From the sequence record OR880646.1: a stretch of 64,000 nucleotides of DNA; one strand, given 5' to 3'. Made by a program: the position numbers and the translations under genes. The notes beneath the pieces are model-generated. The model was not told where the DNA came from. It worked only from the letters and a program-made list of their open reading frames with translations, and did not search any database. Below, piece by piece: positions 11,040 through 21,844 of the stretch (position 1 is the first letter of the stretch; each line of letters starts with the position of its first letter). The DNA is from Escherichia phage ECP2301.

Positions 11040-11720
11040 TTATTTTAATGTTACGAAAGAAGAATTGCGTGTTTCACGAATTAGAACTGATCCGTCACGA
11101 TTAATGTAGTAAATTAAGCTAAATAAAGTTTGGTGTGCCGACGCATGTTCAAAACTAGTTGGGTGAGATTTCCAATCCGGAGTTTCAGCAATCCACTGGT
11201 AAATCCACCAAGGAACAGTGCAGAATCCTGGATTTTTTCCAATCAGCTGAAGATTCGGACTAAAGTTTTCCGGAAGAGTAAATACAGACGGCTTTTCAGA
11301 TTCAATAATCTCAGCTACAGCCTGCTCGAATTTTTCTTCAACAAAAGGAGTATCTTCAATCAAAACATCGGTATTTTCAGGAATTTTATCCGTTTCTACT
11401 ACTTCAATTTTAATGTCAGATTTAACCGGAGAATCAATCAGAAGTGCTGCCTCTGGATTGACTTCTTCATCGTCATATTTTAATCCGTCTGCAGCATCAG
11501 CAGCATCAATTAAGTCTTTAATAGATAACCCATCAGTCTCTGGCATAGGTTCACTAGCGAGCTTCTGGAGGGCTTCTTCAATATCATTAACGATATTATC
11601 AAAAGATTTATTCTTTTTGACCTTTATACCAAACTGTTCAGCATATTCAGCTAATTTAGCTTTAGCTTCTTTATTATCATCAAGAGCCTTCAGCTCTGCA
11701 ATATAATCTTTATCTATCAT
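11040..11720 (-). CDS. inh: inhibitor of prohead protease
   Basis: 226 aa, position and length as T4 Inh. Confidence 0.75.
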   Translation of the reverse strand: MIDKDYIAELKALDDNKEAKAKLAEYAEQFGIKVKKNKSFDNIVNDIEEALQKLASEPMPETDGLSIKDLIDAADAADGLKYDDEEVNPEAALLIDSPVKSDIKIEVVETDKIPENTDVLIEDTPFVEEKFEQAVAEIIESEKPSVFTLPENFSPNLQLIGKNPGFCTVPWWIYQWIAETPDWKSHPTSFEHASAHQTLFSLIYYINRDGSVLIRETRNSSFVTLK

Positions 11721-11743
11721 AATATTTCCTCAGTATAAATATA

Positions 11744-11751
11744 GATATATT
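11744..11751 (+). promoter_or_regulatory. late promoter TATAAATA for uvsW
   Basis: exact TATAAATA 20 nt upstream of uvsW ATG. Confidence 0.65.
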
Positions 11752-11770
11752 TATTACATGGTATTTAGAC

Positions 11771-13282
11771 ATGACTGACATTAAAGTACATTTTTATGAT
11801 TTTAGTCACGTGAGAATTGATTGTGAAGAAAGTACATTTCATGAACTCCGTGATTTCTTTAGCTTTGAAGCTGATGGGTATCGTTTTAATCCGAAATACA
11901 AATATGGTCACTGGGATGGACGAATCCGTCTTTTAGATTATAATCGCCTTCTTCCATTCGGTTTAGTCGGGCAAATTAAAAAGTTCTGCGATAACTTTGG
12001 CTATAAAGCCTGGATTGACCCACAGATTAACGAAAAAGAAGAATTATCAAGAAAAGATTTTGATGAATGGCTTTCTAAATTAGAAATCTATTCAGGAAAT
12101 AAAAGAATTGAACCGCATTGGTATCAAAAAGATGCAGTGTTCGAAGGATTAGTTAATCGTCGTAGAATTCTTAATCTTCCAACATCCGCAGGTAAATCTT
12201 TAATTCAAGCTTTGCTTGCTCGGTATTATTTGGAAAATTATGAAGGTAAAATTCTTATCATTGTTCCAACAACTGCTCTGACAACTCAGATGGCTGATGA
12301 CTTTGTTGACTATCGTTTATTCAGTCATGCAATGATAAAGAAAATTGGCGGTGGAGCATCAAAAGATGATAAATATAAAAATGATGCACCAGTCGTTGTT
12401 GGTACATGGCAAACTGTAGTAAAACAACCGAAAGAATGGTTCTCACAGTTTGGAATGATGATGAATGATGAATGCCATCTTGCTACAGGAAAAAGTATTT
12501 CATCTATCATATCAGGTTTAAATAACTGTATGTTTAAATTTGGTTTGTCTGGTTCATTACGTGATGGCAAAGCTAATATCATGCAGTATGTTGGAATGTT
12601 TGGCGAAATATTTAAGCCAGTAACGACTTCTAAATTAATGGAAGATGGACAAGTAACTGAGCTAAAAATTAATAGTATTTTTCTTCGCTATCCCGATGAG
12701 TTCACTACTAAATTAAAGGGAAAAACTTACCAAGAAGAAATAAAAATTATCACTGGACTCAGTAAAAGAAATAAATGGATTGCTAAATTAGCTATTAAGC
12801 TTGCACAAAAAGATGAAAACGCTTTTGTCATGTTTAAACACGTATCGCACGGTAAAGCTATTTTCGATTTAATTAAAAATGAATACGATAAAGTTTATTA
12901 CGTATCAGGGGAAGTTGATACCGAAACACGCAACGTAATGAAAACCTTAGCTGAAAACGGTAAAGGAATAATTATAGTAGCTAGTTATGGTGTATTTTCT
13001 ACCGGTATTTCAGTTAAAAATCTGCATCACGTTGTTTTAGCGCACGGTGTTAAATCTAAAATTATTGTATTGCAAACAATAGGTCGCGTATTACGTAAGC
13101 ATGGTTCTAAAACAATCGCAACAGTCTGGGACCTCATAGATGATTGCGGTGTTAAGCCAAAATCTGCTAATACGAAAAAGAAATACGTTCATTTGAACTA
13201 TCTTTTAAAACACGGCATTGATCGTATTCAGCGCTATGCAGATGAAAAATTTAATTACGTAATGAAAACAGTTAATTTATAA
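11771..13282 (+). CDS. uvsW: UvsW DNA/RNA helicase
   Basis: 503 aa; helicase-like motifs (NLPTSAGKS Walker A-type, DECH box in MMNDECHLA); late promoter upstream. Confidence 0.9.
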   Translation: MTDIKVHFYDFSHVRIDCEESTFHELRDFFSFEADGYRFNPKYKYGHWDGRIRLLDYNRLLPFGLVGQIKKFCDNFGYKAWIDPQINEKEELSRKDFDEWLSKLEIYSGNKRIEPHWYQKDAVFEGLVNRRRILNLPTSAGKSLIQALLARYYLENYEGKILIIVPTTALTTQMADDFVDYRLFSHAMIKKIGGGASKDDKYKNDAPVVVGTWQTVVKQPKEWFSQFGMMMNDECHLATGKSISSIISGLNNCMFKFGLSGSLRDGKANIMQYVGMFGEIFKPVTTSKLMEDGQVTELKINSIFLRYPDEFTTKLKGKTYQEEIKIITGLSKRNKWIAKLAIKLAQKDENAFVMFKHVSHGKAIFDLIKNEYDKVYYVSGEVDTETRNVMKTLAENGKGIIIVASYGVFSTGISVKNLHHVVLAHGVKSKIIVLQTIGRVLRKHGSKTIATVWDLIDDCGVKPKSANTKKKYVHLNYLLKHGIDRIQRYADEKFNYVMKTVNL

Positions 13283-13307
13283 GGGCTTCGGCCCTTTGGA
13301 GAAAAAG

Positions 13308-13538
13308 ATGTTACTAGAATTTAAACAATTTCTTTATGAAGCTTCTATTGATGAATTTATGGGTAAAATTGCCTCTTGTCAAACAATAGAAGGTCTAGAA
13401 GAACTTGAAGCTTATTATAAGAAAAGAGTTAAAGAAACTGAATTAAAAGATACTGATGACATCTCTGTGAGAGATGCTTTGGCAGGAAAAAGAGCTGAAT
13501 TAGAAGATTCAGACGATGAAGTAGAAGAAAGCTTTTAA
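13308..13538 (+). CDS. uvsW.1: UvsW.1 small acidic protein
   Basis: 76 aa from ATG 13308 with GGAG SD 6 nt upstream; ORF-track start 13296 is TTG. Confidence 0.75.
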   Translation: MLLEFKQFLYEASIDEFMGKIASCQTIEGLEELEAYYKKRVKETELKDTDDISVRDALAGKRAELEDSDDEVEESF

Positions 13539-13548
13539 ATTAAAAAAA

Positions 13549-13571
13549 GGCCCAACCGAAAAGGAAGGGCC
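13549..13571. terminator. hairpin between convergent uvsW.1 and uvsY.-2
   Basis: GGCCC...GGGCC stem flanked by A-runs. Confidence 0.45.
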
Positions 13572-13594
13572 AAAACTATAGACTAAAGGTCACA

Positions 13595-13762
13595 CTATAG
13601 CAAAAGTTGTGTTTCATTTAATTGTTCTTCCGAACTTTCTGAAACTGGTAGTTCTTTAATGTAATTATAACAAGGCCCAGGATGTACAGGACCTTTGTCT
13701 GTTTCAACAACCAATGCAGAATCGATTGGAGTTTTACAGACAACGCAAATCTTATCTGACAT
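13595..13762 (-). CDS. uvsY.-2: small Cys-containing protein (55 aa), not in ORF track
   Basis: ATG at 13762 preceded by GGAGA; translates MSDKICVVCKTPIDS...; position downstream of uvsY.-1. Confidence 0.55.
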   Translation of the reverse strand: MSDKICVVCKTPIDSALVVETDKGPVHPGPCYNYIKELPVSESSEEQLNETQLLL

Positions 13763-13790
13763 GATTGTCTCCTCTAAATTATATATCTAT

Positions 13791-14015
13791 TTATATAACT
13801 CTCATATGCATATCAATGCCCATATCTTTAGAATAAAAATATTCATCAAGATATCCAGCAAATTTTCCTTTAACATAAAGTACATCTTCACCGCATGGGT
13901 GGTCGGCCAGGATACGAATATCCTGACGCTTAAGATTATACTTTTTCATTAAGAATTGAATTTCCGTTTCGAATTCTTCTTCATAATTAAAAGCATCATC
14001 AATGCTATATCTCAT
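13791..14015 (-). CDS. uvsY.-1: hypothetical protein
   Basis: 74 aa ORF immediately downstream of uvsY with overlapping stop/start. Confidence 0.65.
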   Translation of the reverse strand: MRYSIDDAFNYEEEFETEIQFLMKKYNLKRQDIRILADHPCGEDVLYVKGKFAGYLDEYFYSKDMGIDMHMRVI

Positions 14016-14428
14016 TATTTTCCAGCCTCAAATGCTCGCATGTCTTGAATATGCTTAATAGCAAATCCGCGTGATTTAATAGCATCAAGAGCTCCGCTAC
14101 AGAAATCCAATAAAATTCCCCAATATTGCAATGAAGTATCAACTTTTAAAACATCCTTATCAGCTGATAGAACTGTCTTCATTTCTGATTTCTCATAACG
14201 ATCCATACTAAATTCATCACCATCTCCTCGTCCCGAGTAGTAGTCTAATCTAGCTTTAAGAGCAACTTTTTTCTGTGCGTCAATTCTAAGCATTTCCTTT
14301 TTAATACTTGAATGCTTATTGAGCCATTTACTATATAACATCACATTATTAGCTGCTTCATACTGTAATTTAGTCGAATCTATAAACACATCTTTCTTCA
14401 ATTCTTCTTGAAGATCTTCTAATTTCAT
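14015..14428 (-). CDS. uvsY: recombination mediator UvsY
   Basis: 137 aa, N-terminus MKLEDLQEELKKDVFIDSTKLQYEAANN; MotA-type middle promoter upstream. Confidence 0.9.
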   Translation of the reverse strand: MKLEDLQEELKKDVFIDSTKLQYEAANNVMLYSKWLNKHSSIKKEMLRIDAQKKVALKARLDYYSGRGDGDEFSMDRYEKSEMKTVLSADKDVLKVDTSLQYWGILLDFCSGALDAIKSRGFAIKHIQDMRAFEAGK

Positions 14429-14468
14429 ATTGTTCTCTATTCAATTGTTATTGGATGGACTTAGATTC

Positions 14469-14497
14469 ATTATACCACGTTTATACGTGAAGCATTA
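14469..14497 (-). promoter_or_regulatory. MotA-dependent middle promoter for uvsY (MotA box TAATGCTTCA + TATAAT)
   Basis: MotA box 13 nt upstream of TATAAT; overlaps gene 25 stop. Confidence 0.7.
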
Positions 14498-14893
14498 TAC
14501 TCTGTTACTGGAAGCAAGTTGTAGTTTTATCTGCTCAATATCATCAGGGTTATCGATGACCGAAAAGCGTATTTCTACTATTAGAGTATAATCATCATAA
14601 ACCGGTATTACATTAACTGCTAATTTATCAATACGCGGCTCGTAGTTTCTTACTGCGCTTTCAATGTTACGCTCAACCGTGTCAGCAGTAAGAGGAGTCA
14701 TATTCTCAAAAAGCTGATCAGATAAATCACATCCAAATTCTGGGTCAAATGGCCTTGACCCTTTCCTGGTTGTAATAATTCCTAAAAGGCTATTTTTAAT
14801 TGACCTTAATCCAAGAGATCTTGAAACATCTTTGTCCCAATCCATTTTCATTTCTGGGTCAATGTCAGAATAAAGCTTATTAATATTTGCCAT
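14495..14893 (-). CDS. 25: baseplate wedge subunit
   Basis: 132 aa, N-terminus [19 protein letters not shown] recognised as T4 gp25. Confidence 0.9.
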   Translation of the reverse strand: MANINKLYSDIDPEMKMDWDKDVSRSLGLRSIKNSLLGIITTRKGSRPFDPEFGCDLSDQLFENMTPLTADTVERNIESAVRNYEPRIDKLAVNVIPVYDDYTLIVEIRFSVIDNPDDIEQIKLQLASSNRV

Positions 14894-15519
14894 TACAATA
14901 GCTCAAAGAATTCTTTGAGTCCTCTTATTACATGAGCGTGAGTTTTTCCACACTCTGGACACTTAATTGGAATAGCCAAATAAACAGTAGGCTTTAAAAG
15001 CATATCTTTTATAGCTACAATATCTGACTCTGTGATGATAGAGTATAAATCTTCCAGTTCTTTTTCATTTAAATCTTCAACTGGAATGCTTTCCCCGTTA
15101 GCATGAATCGTTTCTATACATGATACTATCATGTGGGCTATATTTTTATCATCAAAAATTTTAGGGTAATGGAACTTAATTTTAATGTCACCCAGTGTAT
15201 ACCAGAGGTCTTCTGGTGCATCTATTTGTGTATGTAATAGATTTATATGGGTTGGTATTTCAGTTCCACAGGTGCACTTCCAGGAGTTTTCGTGATTAAC
15301 TTCTCCAAGAGAATGCGCCCATAAATGAATCAGCAGTAGTTCTGATTCTTGACGGTTTAAATCTTTTGCATTTGTACAGTCTTTAATTAGCTTTTTAACG
15401 ATCTCTTCTACTGAACCGTTCTTTTTAGCAGTAATAAGTTCTAGATATTCTTTAAGAGTAAATGCGCGACAGTTGATTATTTTAGAACCAACTCTCACAT
15501 CAAATTTGTATTCATACAT
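14893..15519 (-). CDS. 26: baseplate hub subunit
   Basis: 208 aa, position upstream of 25, late promoter on - strand at 15541-15548. Confidence 0.85.
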   Translation of the reverse strand: MYEYKFDVRVGSKIINCRAFTLKEYLELITAKKNGSVEEIVKKLIKDCTNAKDLNRQESELLLIHLWAHSLGEVNHENSWKCTCGTEIPTHINLLHTQIDAPEDLWYTLGDIKIKFHYPKIFDDKNIAHMIVSCIETIHANGESIPVEDLNEKELEDLYSIITESDIVAIKDMLLKPTVYLAIPIKCPECGKTHAHVIRGLKEFFELL

Positions 15520-15540
15520 ATTTAGCTCCTTTATTTATCA

Positions 15541-15548
15541 TATTTATA
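15541..15548 (-). promoter_or_regulatory. late promoter TATAAATA for genes 26-25
   Basis: reverse-complement TATAAATA 22 nt upstream of gene 26 ATG. Confidence 0.7.
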
Positions 15549-15552
15549 AATA
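15545..15552 (+). promoter_or_regulatory. late promoter TATAAATA for gene 51
   Basis: exact TATAAATA; shares palindromic TATTTATAAATA with the - strand promoter. Confidence 0.7.
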
Positions 15553-15569
15553 GAATAAAAGGAGCATCT

Positions 15570-16319
15570 ATGGCAAACATTATTCGTTGTAAATTACCAG
15601 ATGGTGTTCATCGTTTTAAACCATTTACGGTAGAAGATTATCGAGATTTTTTGTTAGTTCGAAACGATATAGAACATCGGTCACCACAAGAACAAAAAGA
15701 AATAATTGCTGATTTAATTGCTGATTATTTTGGAGACTATCCGAAGACTTGGCAACCATTTATATTTTTGCAGGTATTTGTAGGGTCAATAGGTAAAACT
15801 AAAGTACCAGTCACATTTGTGTGTCCAAAATGTAAAAAAGAAAAGACAGTTCCATTTGAAATATATCAAAAAGAATTAAAGGAACCTGTTTTTGATGTAG
15901 CTAATGTTAAAATTAAATTAAAGTTTCCTTCTGAGTTTTATGAAAATAAAGCAAAGATGATTACTGAAAATATTCATTCTGTTCAAGTAGATGAAATATG
16001 GTATGATTGGAAGGAAATTAGTGAATCGAGCCAAATAGAACTTGTTGATGCCATCGAGATAGAAACATTAGAAAAAATTCTTGATGCAATGAATCCTATT
16101 AATTTAACATTGCATATGTCATGTTGTAATAAGTATGTAAAAAAATACACTGATATAGTAGATGTGTTTAAGCTATTAGTTAACCCAGATGAAATATTTA
16201 CTTTTTATCAAATCAATCACACACTCGTAAAAAGTAATTATAGCTTAAATTCAATAATGAAAATGATTCCTGCTGAGCGCGGATTCGTATTAAAACTGAT
16301 TGAGAAGGATAAACAATAA
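15570..16319 (+). CDS. 51: baseplate hub assembly catalyst
   Basis: 249 aa, divergent from 26, late promoter 15545-15552. Confidence 0.85.
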   Translation: MANIIRCKLPDGVHRFKPFTVEDYRDFLLVRNDIEHRSPQEQKEIIADLIADYFGDYPKTWQPFIFLQVFVGSIGKTKVPVTFVCPKCKKEKTVPFEIYQKELKEPVFDVANVKIKLKFPSEFYENKAKMITENIHSVQVDEIWYDWKEISESSQIELVDAIEIETLEKILDAMNPINLTLHMSCCNKYVKKYTDIVDVFKLLVNPDEIFTFYQINHTLVKSNYSLNSIMKMIPAERGFVLKLIEKDKQ

Positions 16320-17494
16320 TGAGTATGTTGCAACGCCCTGGATATCCAAATCTCAGCGTTAAATTATTTGATAGCTACGACGCTTGGAGTAATAATAGAT
16401 TTGTTGAATTAGCTGCTACTATTACCACATTAACTATGCGGGATTCTCTTTATGGCCGAAATGAAGGAATGTTGCAGTTTTATGATTCTAAAAATATCCA
16501 TACAAAAATGGATGGAAATGAAATAATTCAGATTTCTGTAGCTAATGCAAACGATATTAATAATGTTAAAACACGAATTTATGGATGTAAGCATTTTTCC
16601 GTGTCAGTAGATTCAAAGGGTGATAACATCATTGCTATTGAATTGGGAACTATTCATTCTATAGAAAATCTTAAATTTGGCAGACCGTTTTTCTCTGATG
16701 CAGGTGAATCTATAAAGGAAATGCTTGGTGTCATTTATCAGGATCGCACGTTATTAACTCCAGCAATAAATGCTATAAATGCTTATGTTCCTGATATTCC
16801 ATGGACTAGCACATTTGAAAACTATTTGTCGTATGTCAGAGAAGTTGCTCTAGCTGTAGGAAGTGACAAATTTGTATTTGTGTGGCAAGACATCATGGGA
16901 GTTAACATGATGGACTATGATATGATGATAAATCAAGAACCGTATCCAATGATTGTCGGTGAGCCATCTTTAATAGGTCAATTCATCCAAGAATTAAAAT
17001 ATCCATTAGCATATGATTTCGTTTGGTTGACTAAATCGAATCCTCATAAACGCGACCCAATGAAAAATGCTACTATTTATGCTCATTCATTTTTAGATTC
17101 TTCATTGCCAATGATTACTACAGGAAAGGGCGAAAACTCTATTGTAGTATCAAGGTCAGGTGCTTATTCTGAAATGACTTATAGGAATGGCTATGAAGAA
17201 GCTATTCGTCTTCAAACTATGGCGCAATATGACGGCTATGCTAAATGTTCTACTGTCGGTAATTTTAACTTGACTCCTGGCGTTAAAATTATTTTTAATG
17301 ATAGTAAAAACCAATTTAAAACAGAATTTTACGTTGATGAAGTTATCCATGAATTATCCAATAATAATTCAGTAACTCATCTATATATGTTCACTAATGC
17401 AACGAAACTGGAAACAATAGACCCAGTTAAGGTTAAAAATGAATTTAAATCTGATACTACCACTGAAGAAAGTAGTTCTTCCAATAAGCAATAA
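16319..17494 (+). CDS. 27: baseplate hub subunit
   Basis: 391 aa, position and length as T4 gp27. Confidence 0.9.
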   Translation: MSMLQRPGYPNLSVKLFDSYDAWSNNRFVELAATITTLTMRDSLYGRNEGMLQFYDSKNIHTKMDGNEIIQISVANANDINNVKTRIYGCKHFSVSVDSKGDNIIAIELGTIHSIENLKFGRPFFSDAGESIKEMLGVIYQDRTLLTPAINAINAYVPDIPWTSTFENYLSYVREVALAVGSDKFVFVWQDIMGVNMMDYDMMINQEPYPMIVGEPSLIGQFIQELKYPLAYDFVWLTKSNPHKRDPMKNATIYAHSFLDSSLPMITTGKGENSIVVSRSGAYSEMTYRNGYEEAIRLQTMAQYDGYAKCSTVGNFNLTPGVKIIFNDSKNQFKTEFYVDEVIHELSNNNSVTHLYMFTNATKLETIDPVKVKNEFKSDTTTEESSSSNKQ

Positions 17495-17972
17495 AGAAGT
17501 TTCTATTCCTAAAATGGGTCTTAAACACTATAACATTTTAAAAGATGTTAAAGGTCCTGATGAAAATTTAAAACTTCTTATTGATTCTATTTGTCCGAAT
17601 TTATCACCAGCAGAAGTTGATTTCGTTTCTATTCATTTATTGGAATTTAATGGAAAGATTAAATCTTGTAAAGAAATAGATGGTTATACTTATGACATTA
17701 ATGATGTTTATGTGTGCCAAAGATTAGAATTTCAATACCAAGGAAATACATTTTATTTTAGACCTCCTGGAAAATTTGAACAGTTTTTAACAGTGAGCGA
17801 TATGTTATCCAAATGCTTGCTTAAGGTCAATGATGAAGTTAAAGAAATTAATTTTCTTGAGATGCCAGCATTCGTTTTAAAATGGGCAAATGATATTTTT
17901 ACAACTTTAGCAATTCCTGGCCCTAATGGTCCAATAACTGGAATTGGTAATATTATTGGATTATTTGAATGA
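17439..17972 (+). CDS. 28: baseplate hub distal subunit
   Basis: 177 aa, starts 56 nt inside gene 27 in another frame. Confidence 0.8.
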   Translation: MNLNLILPLKKVVLPISNKEVSIPKMGLKHYNILKDVKGPDENLKLLIDSICPNLSPAEVDFVSIHLLEFNGKIKSCKEIDGYTYDINDVYVCQRLEFQYQGNTFYFRPPGKFEQFLTVSDMLSKCLLKVNDEVKEINFLEMPAFVLKWANDIFTTLAIPGPNGPITGIGNIIGLFE

Positions 17973-19741
17973 AAAAGCCACAAGAAATGCAAACGATGCG
18001 TAGAAAAGTTATTTCAGATAATAAACCAACACAGGAAGCGGCTAAATCCGCTTCCAACACTTTATCTGGGCTTAACGATATATCTACGAAATTGGATGAT
18101 GCTCAAGCTGCTTCTGAATTAATTGCTCAAACTGTCGAAGAAAAATCGAATGAAATAATTGGAGCAATTGACAATGTAGAAAGCGCAGTGAGTGATACTA
18201 CTGCTGGTTCTGAGTTAATTGCTGAAACTGTCGAAATTGGCAACAATATTAATAAAGAAATCGGTGAATCACTCGGAAGTAAATTAGATAAATTAACGAG
18301 TTTACTAGAGCAAAAAATCCAGACATCCGGAATTCAACAAACAGGAACTAGTTTAGCTACGGTTGAAAGCGCTATTCCTGTTAAAGTCGTTGAGGATGAT
18401 ACAGCTGAATCTGTTGGTCCTTTATTACCAGCTCCTGAAGCAGTTAATAATGATCCTGATGCTGATTTTTTCCCTACCCCTCAGCCAGTTGAACCCAAAC
18501 AAGAATCGCCAGAAGAAAAACAGAAAAAAGACGCATTTAACTTAAAATTATCTCAAGCTTTAGATAAATTAACAAAGACTGTTGATTTCGGATTTAAGAA
18601 ATCTATTTCAATTACTGATAAAATATCAAGCATGCTATTTAAGTATACTGTCAGTGCTGCTATTGAAGCTGCTAAAATGACTGCAATGATATTGGCTGTT
18701 GTTGTTGGAATAGATCTGCTGATGGTTCACTTTAAATATTGGTCAGATAAATTTTCGCAGGTTTGGGATTTGTTTAGTTCAAACTTTACTAAATTCTCTA
18801 GCGAAACCGGAACATGGGGTCCTTTATTACAGAGCATCTTTAGTTCTATTGATGAAATTAAAAAATTCTGGGAAGAGGGAGATTGGGGCGGTTTGACAGT
18901 AGCTATTGTAGAAGGGCTTGGAAAGGTTCTTTATAATTTAGGAGAACTTATTCAGCTTGGAATGGCTAAATTATCAGCAGCAATTCTTCGAGTCATTCCT
19001 GGCATGAAGGATACTGCTGATGAAGTAGAAGGAAGAGCACTAGAAAATTTCCAAAATTCTACTGGAGCATCTCTCAATAAAGAAGACCAGGAAAAAGTAG
19101 CAAATTATCAAGATAAACGAATGAACGGAGACCTTGGTCCGATAGCAAAAGGATTAGATAAAATTGCTAATTGGAAAACTCGTGCATCTAACTGGATTCG
19201 TGGCGTTGATAATAAAGAAGCACTAACTACCGACGAAGAACGTGCAGCAGAAGAAGAAAAATTAAAGCAACTTTCACCAGAAGAAAGAAAAAATGCTTTA
19301 ATGAAGGCTAATGAAGCTCGGGCCGCGATGATTCGTTTTGAAAAATACGCTGATTCGGCTGATATGAGTAAAGACTCAACGGTTAAATCAGTTGAAGCTG
19401 CCTATGAAGACCTTAAAAAACGAATGGATGACCCGGATTTAAATAATTCACCGGCAGTTAAAAAAGAACTTGCTGCTAGATTTTCTAAAATTGATGCTAC
19501 TTATCAAGAGCTCAAGAAAAATCAGCCTAATGCCAAACCTGAAACTTCTGCTAAATCGCCAGAAGCAAAACAAGTCCAGGTAATAGAAAAGAACAAAGCA
19601 CAGCAAGCTCCTGTTCAACAAGCATCTCCTTCGATCAATAATACTAATAATGTTGTTAAGAAAAATACTGTCGTTCATAATATGACACCCGTAACGAGCA
19701 CGACTGCTCCTGGTGTATTTGATGCGACTGGAGTTAATTAA
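17969..19741 (+). CDS. 29: baseplate hub / tail length determinator
   Basis: 590 aa, ATGA overlap with 28. Confidence 0.9.
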   Translation: MKKPQEMQTMRRKVISDNKPTQEAAKSASNTLSGLNDISTKLDDAQAASELIAQTVEEKSNEIIGAIDNVESAVSDTTAGSELIAETVEIGNNINKEIGESLGSKLDKLTSLLEQKIQTSGIQQTGTSLATVESAIPVKVVEDDTAESVGPLLPAPEAVNNDPDADFFPTPQPVEPKQESPEEKQKKDAFNLKLSQALDKLTKTVDFGFKKSISITDKISSMLFKYTVSAAIEAAKMTAMILAVVVGIDLLMVHFKYWSDKFSQVWDLFSSNFTKFSSETGTWGPLLQSIFSSIDEIKKFWEEGDWGGLTVAIVEGLGKVLYNLGELIQLGMAKLSAAILRVIPGMKDTADEVEGRALENFQNSTGASLNKEDQEKVANYQDKRMNGDLGPIAKGLDKIANWKTRASNWIRGVDNKEALTTDEERAAEEEKLKQLSPEERKNALMKANEARAAMIRFEKYADSADMSKDSTVKSVEAAYEDLKKRMDDPDLNNSPAVKKELAARFSKIDATYQELKKNQPNAKPETSAKSPEAKQVQVIEKNKAQQAPVQQASPSINNTNNVVKKNTVVHNMTPVTSTTAPGVFDATGVN

Positions 19742-19749
19742 GGAATAAT

Positions 19750-20844
19750 ATGGCAATTGTTAAAGAAATAACTGCTGATTTAATTAAAAAGTCCGGTGAG
19801 AAAATTTCAGCCGGACAGAGTACTAAATCAGAAGTAGCAACTAAAACATACACTGCCCAGTTTCCAACTGGGCGTGCTAGTGGTAATGACACTACAGGGG
19901 ACTTCCAGGTAACAGATCTATATAAGAATGGATTATTATTTACTGCATACAATATGTCATCTAGGGATTCTGGAAGTCTTAGATCGATGAGATCTAACTA
20001 CTCTTCTTCATCTTCGAGTATTTTAAGTACAGCTAGAAACACTATTAGTAGTACAGTATCAAAACTATCAAATGGATTAATATCAAACAATAATTCAGGA
20101 ACAATAAGTAAAGCTCCTGTTGCAAACATTCTTTTACCGAGATCTAAATCTGATGTTGATACGTCATCACATAGATTTAACGATGTTCAAGAAAGTCTTA
20201 TCAGCAGAGGCGGAGGTACTGCTACTGGTGTGTTAAGTAATATTGCTTCAACTGCAGTATTTGGGGCACTGGAAAGTATAACACAAGGCATAATGGCTGA
20301 TAATAATGAACAGATTTATACTACAGCCAGAAGTATGTATGGTGGTGCTGAGAATAGAACTAAAGTGTTTACATGGGATTTGACTCCACGTTCAACAGAA
20401 GATTTGATGGCTATTATTAATATCTATCAATATTTTAACTATTTTTCTTATGGTGAAACGGGCAAATCTCAATATGCTGCTGAAATAAAGGGGTATTTAG
20501 ATGATTGGTATCGTTCTACATTAATTGAACCTTTATCTCCGGAAGACGCAGCTAAAAATAAAACACTATTTGAGAAAATGACATCGAGTTTAACTAACGT
20601 TCTAGTAGTTTCAAACCCGACAATTTGGATGGTGAAAAACTTTGGTGCAACGTCTAAGTTTGATGGAAAAACGGAAATATTTGGCCCATGCCAAATACAG
20701 AGCATCAGATTTGATAAAACGCCTAATGGTAACTTTAACGGATTAGCTATTGCTCCAAACCTCCCTAGTACATTTACTCTTGAGATTACTATGAGAGAAA
20801 TTATCACGTTAAACCGTGCTTCTTTATATGCGGGGACTTTTTAA
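19750..20844 (+). CDS. 48: baseplate tail tube cap
   Basis: 364 aa, AAGGA SD. Confidence 0.85.
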   Translation: MAIVKEITADLIKKSGEKISAGQSTKSEVATKTYTAQFPTGRASGNDTTGDFQVTDLYKNGLLFTAYNMSSRDSGSLRSMRSNYSSSSSSILSTARNTISSTVSKLSNGLISNNNSGTISKAPVANILLPRSKSDVDTSSHRFNDVQESLISRGGGTATGVLSNIASTAVFGALESITQGIMADNNEQIYTTARSMYGGAENRTKVFTWDLTPRSTEDLMAIINIYQYFNYFSYGETGKSQYAAEIKGYLDDWYRSTLIEPLSPEDAAKNKTLFEKMTSSLTNVLVVSNPTIWMVKNFGATSKFDGKTEIFGPCQIQSIRFDKTPNGNFNGLAIAPNLPSTFTLEITMREIITLNRASLYAGTF

Positions 20845-21809
20845 TGTATTCTTTAGAGGAATTTAATAATCAAGCAATAAACGCAGATTTCCAGCGTAAT
20901 AATATGTTTAGCTGCGTTTTTGCGACAACTCCATCAACTAAAAGCTCTTCGTTGATAAGTTCAATTAGCAACTTTTCTTATAATAACTTGGGTCTAAATT
21001 CAGACTGGTTAGGATTGACTCAAGGTGATATTAATCAGGGAATTACCACGCTAATTACTGCTGGCACACAAAAACTGATAAGAAAATCAGGGGTTAGTAA
21101 ATATCTTATTGGTGCCATGAGTCAACGTACAGTTCAAAGTTTATTGGGCTCATTTACAGTTGGTACATATTTAATTGACTTCTTTAATATGGCATATAAC
21201 TCATCTGGGTTGATGATATACTCTGTAAAAATGCCAGAGAATAGATTATCCTATGAAACTGACTGGAACTATAACTCTCCTAATATTCGTATAACTGGGA
21301 GAGAATTAGACCCTTTGGTTATTTCATTTAGAATGGATTCAGAAGCTTGTAACTATCGTGCAATGCAAGACTGGGTTAACGCTGTTCAAGACCCAGTAAC
21401 TGGATTGCGTGCTTTGCCACAAGATGTCGAGGCAGATATTCAGGTTAATCTTCATGCTCGTAATGGATTACCTCATACTGCAGTGATGTTCACCGGATGC
21501 ATTCCAGTGTCAGTGAGCGCTCCTGAGTTATCATATGATGGAGATAACCAAATAACTACATTTGATGTTACTTTTGCGTATAGAGTCATGCAGGCTGGGT
21601 CTGTTGATAGACAAGCTGCGCTTGAGTGGCTTGAATCTGCTGCTATAAATGGCATTCAAAGCGTTCTCGGAAATAGTGGAGGTGTTACTGGATTATCTAA
21701 TTCGCTTTCACGACTTAGTAGATTAGGGGGAACTGCTGGAAGCATTTCAAACATTAATACTATGACAGGAATTGTCAATTCGCAAAGTAAAATATTAGGA
21801 GCAATATAA
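20844..21809 (+). CDS. 54: baseplate tail tube initiator
   Basis: 321 aa, TAATG overlap with 48; terminator follows. Confidence 0.85.
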   Translation: MYSLEEFNNQAINADFQRNNMFSCVFATTPSTKSSSLISSISNFSYNNLGLNSDWLGLTQGDINQGITTLITAGTQKLIRKSGVSKYLIGAMSQRTVQSLLGSFTVGTYLIDFFNMAYNSSGLMIYSVKMPENRLSYETDWNYNSPNIRITGRELDPLVISFRMDSEACNYRAMQDWVNAVQDPVTGLRALPQDVEADIQVNLHARNGLPHTAVMFTGCIPVSVSAPELSYDGDNQITTFDVTFAYRVMQAGSVDRQAALEWLESAAINGIQSVLGNSGGVTGLSNSLSRLSRLGGTAGSISNINTMTGIVNSQSKILGAI

Positions 21810-21813
21810 CAAT

Positions 21814-21844
21814 GGGGACCGAAAGGTCCCCATATTTTTATTTA
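21814..21844. terminator. bidirectional terminator after gene 54
   Basis: GGGGACC-GAAA-GGTCCCC hairpin then T-rich run. Confidence 0.8.

Noticed and set aside
13695-13952. 85 aa + strand ORF
   Set aside because: Overlaps uvsY.-2 and uvsY.-1 on the opposite strand; hydrophobic low-complexity product, no SD.
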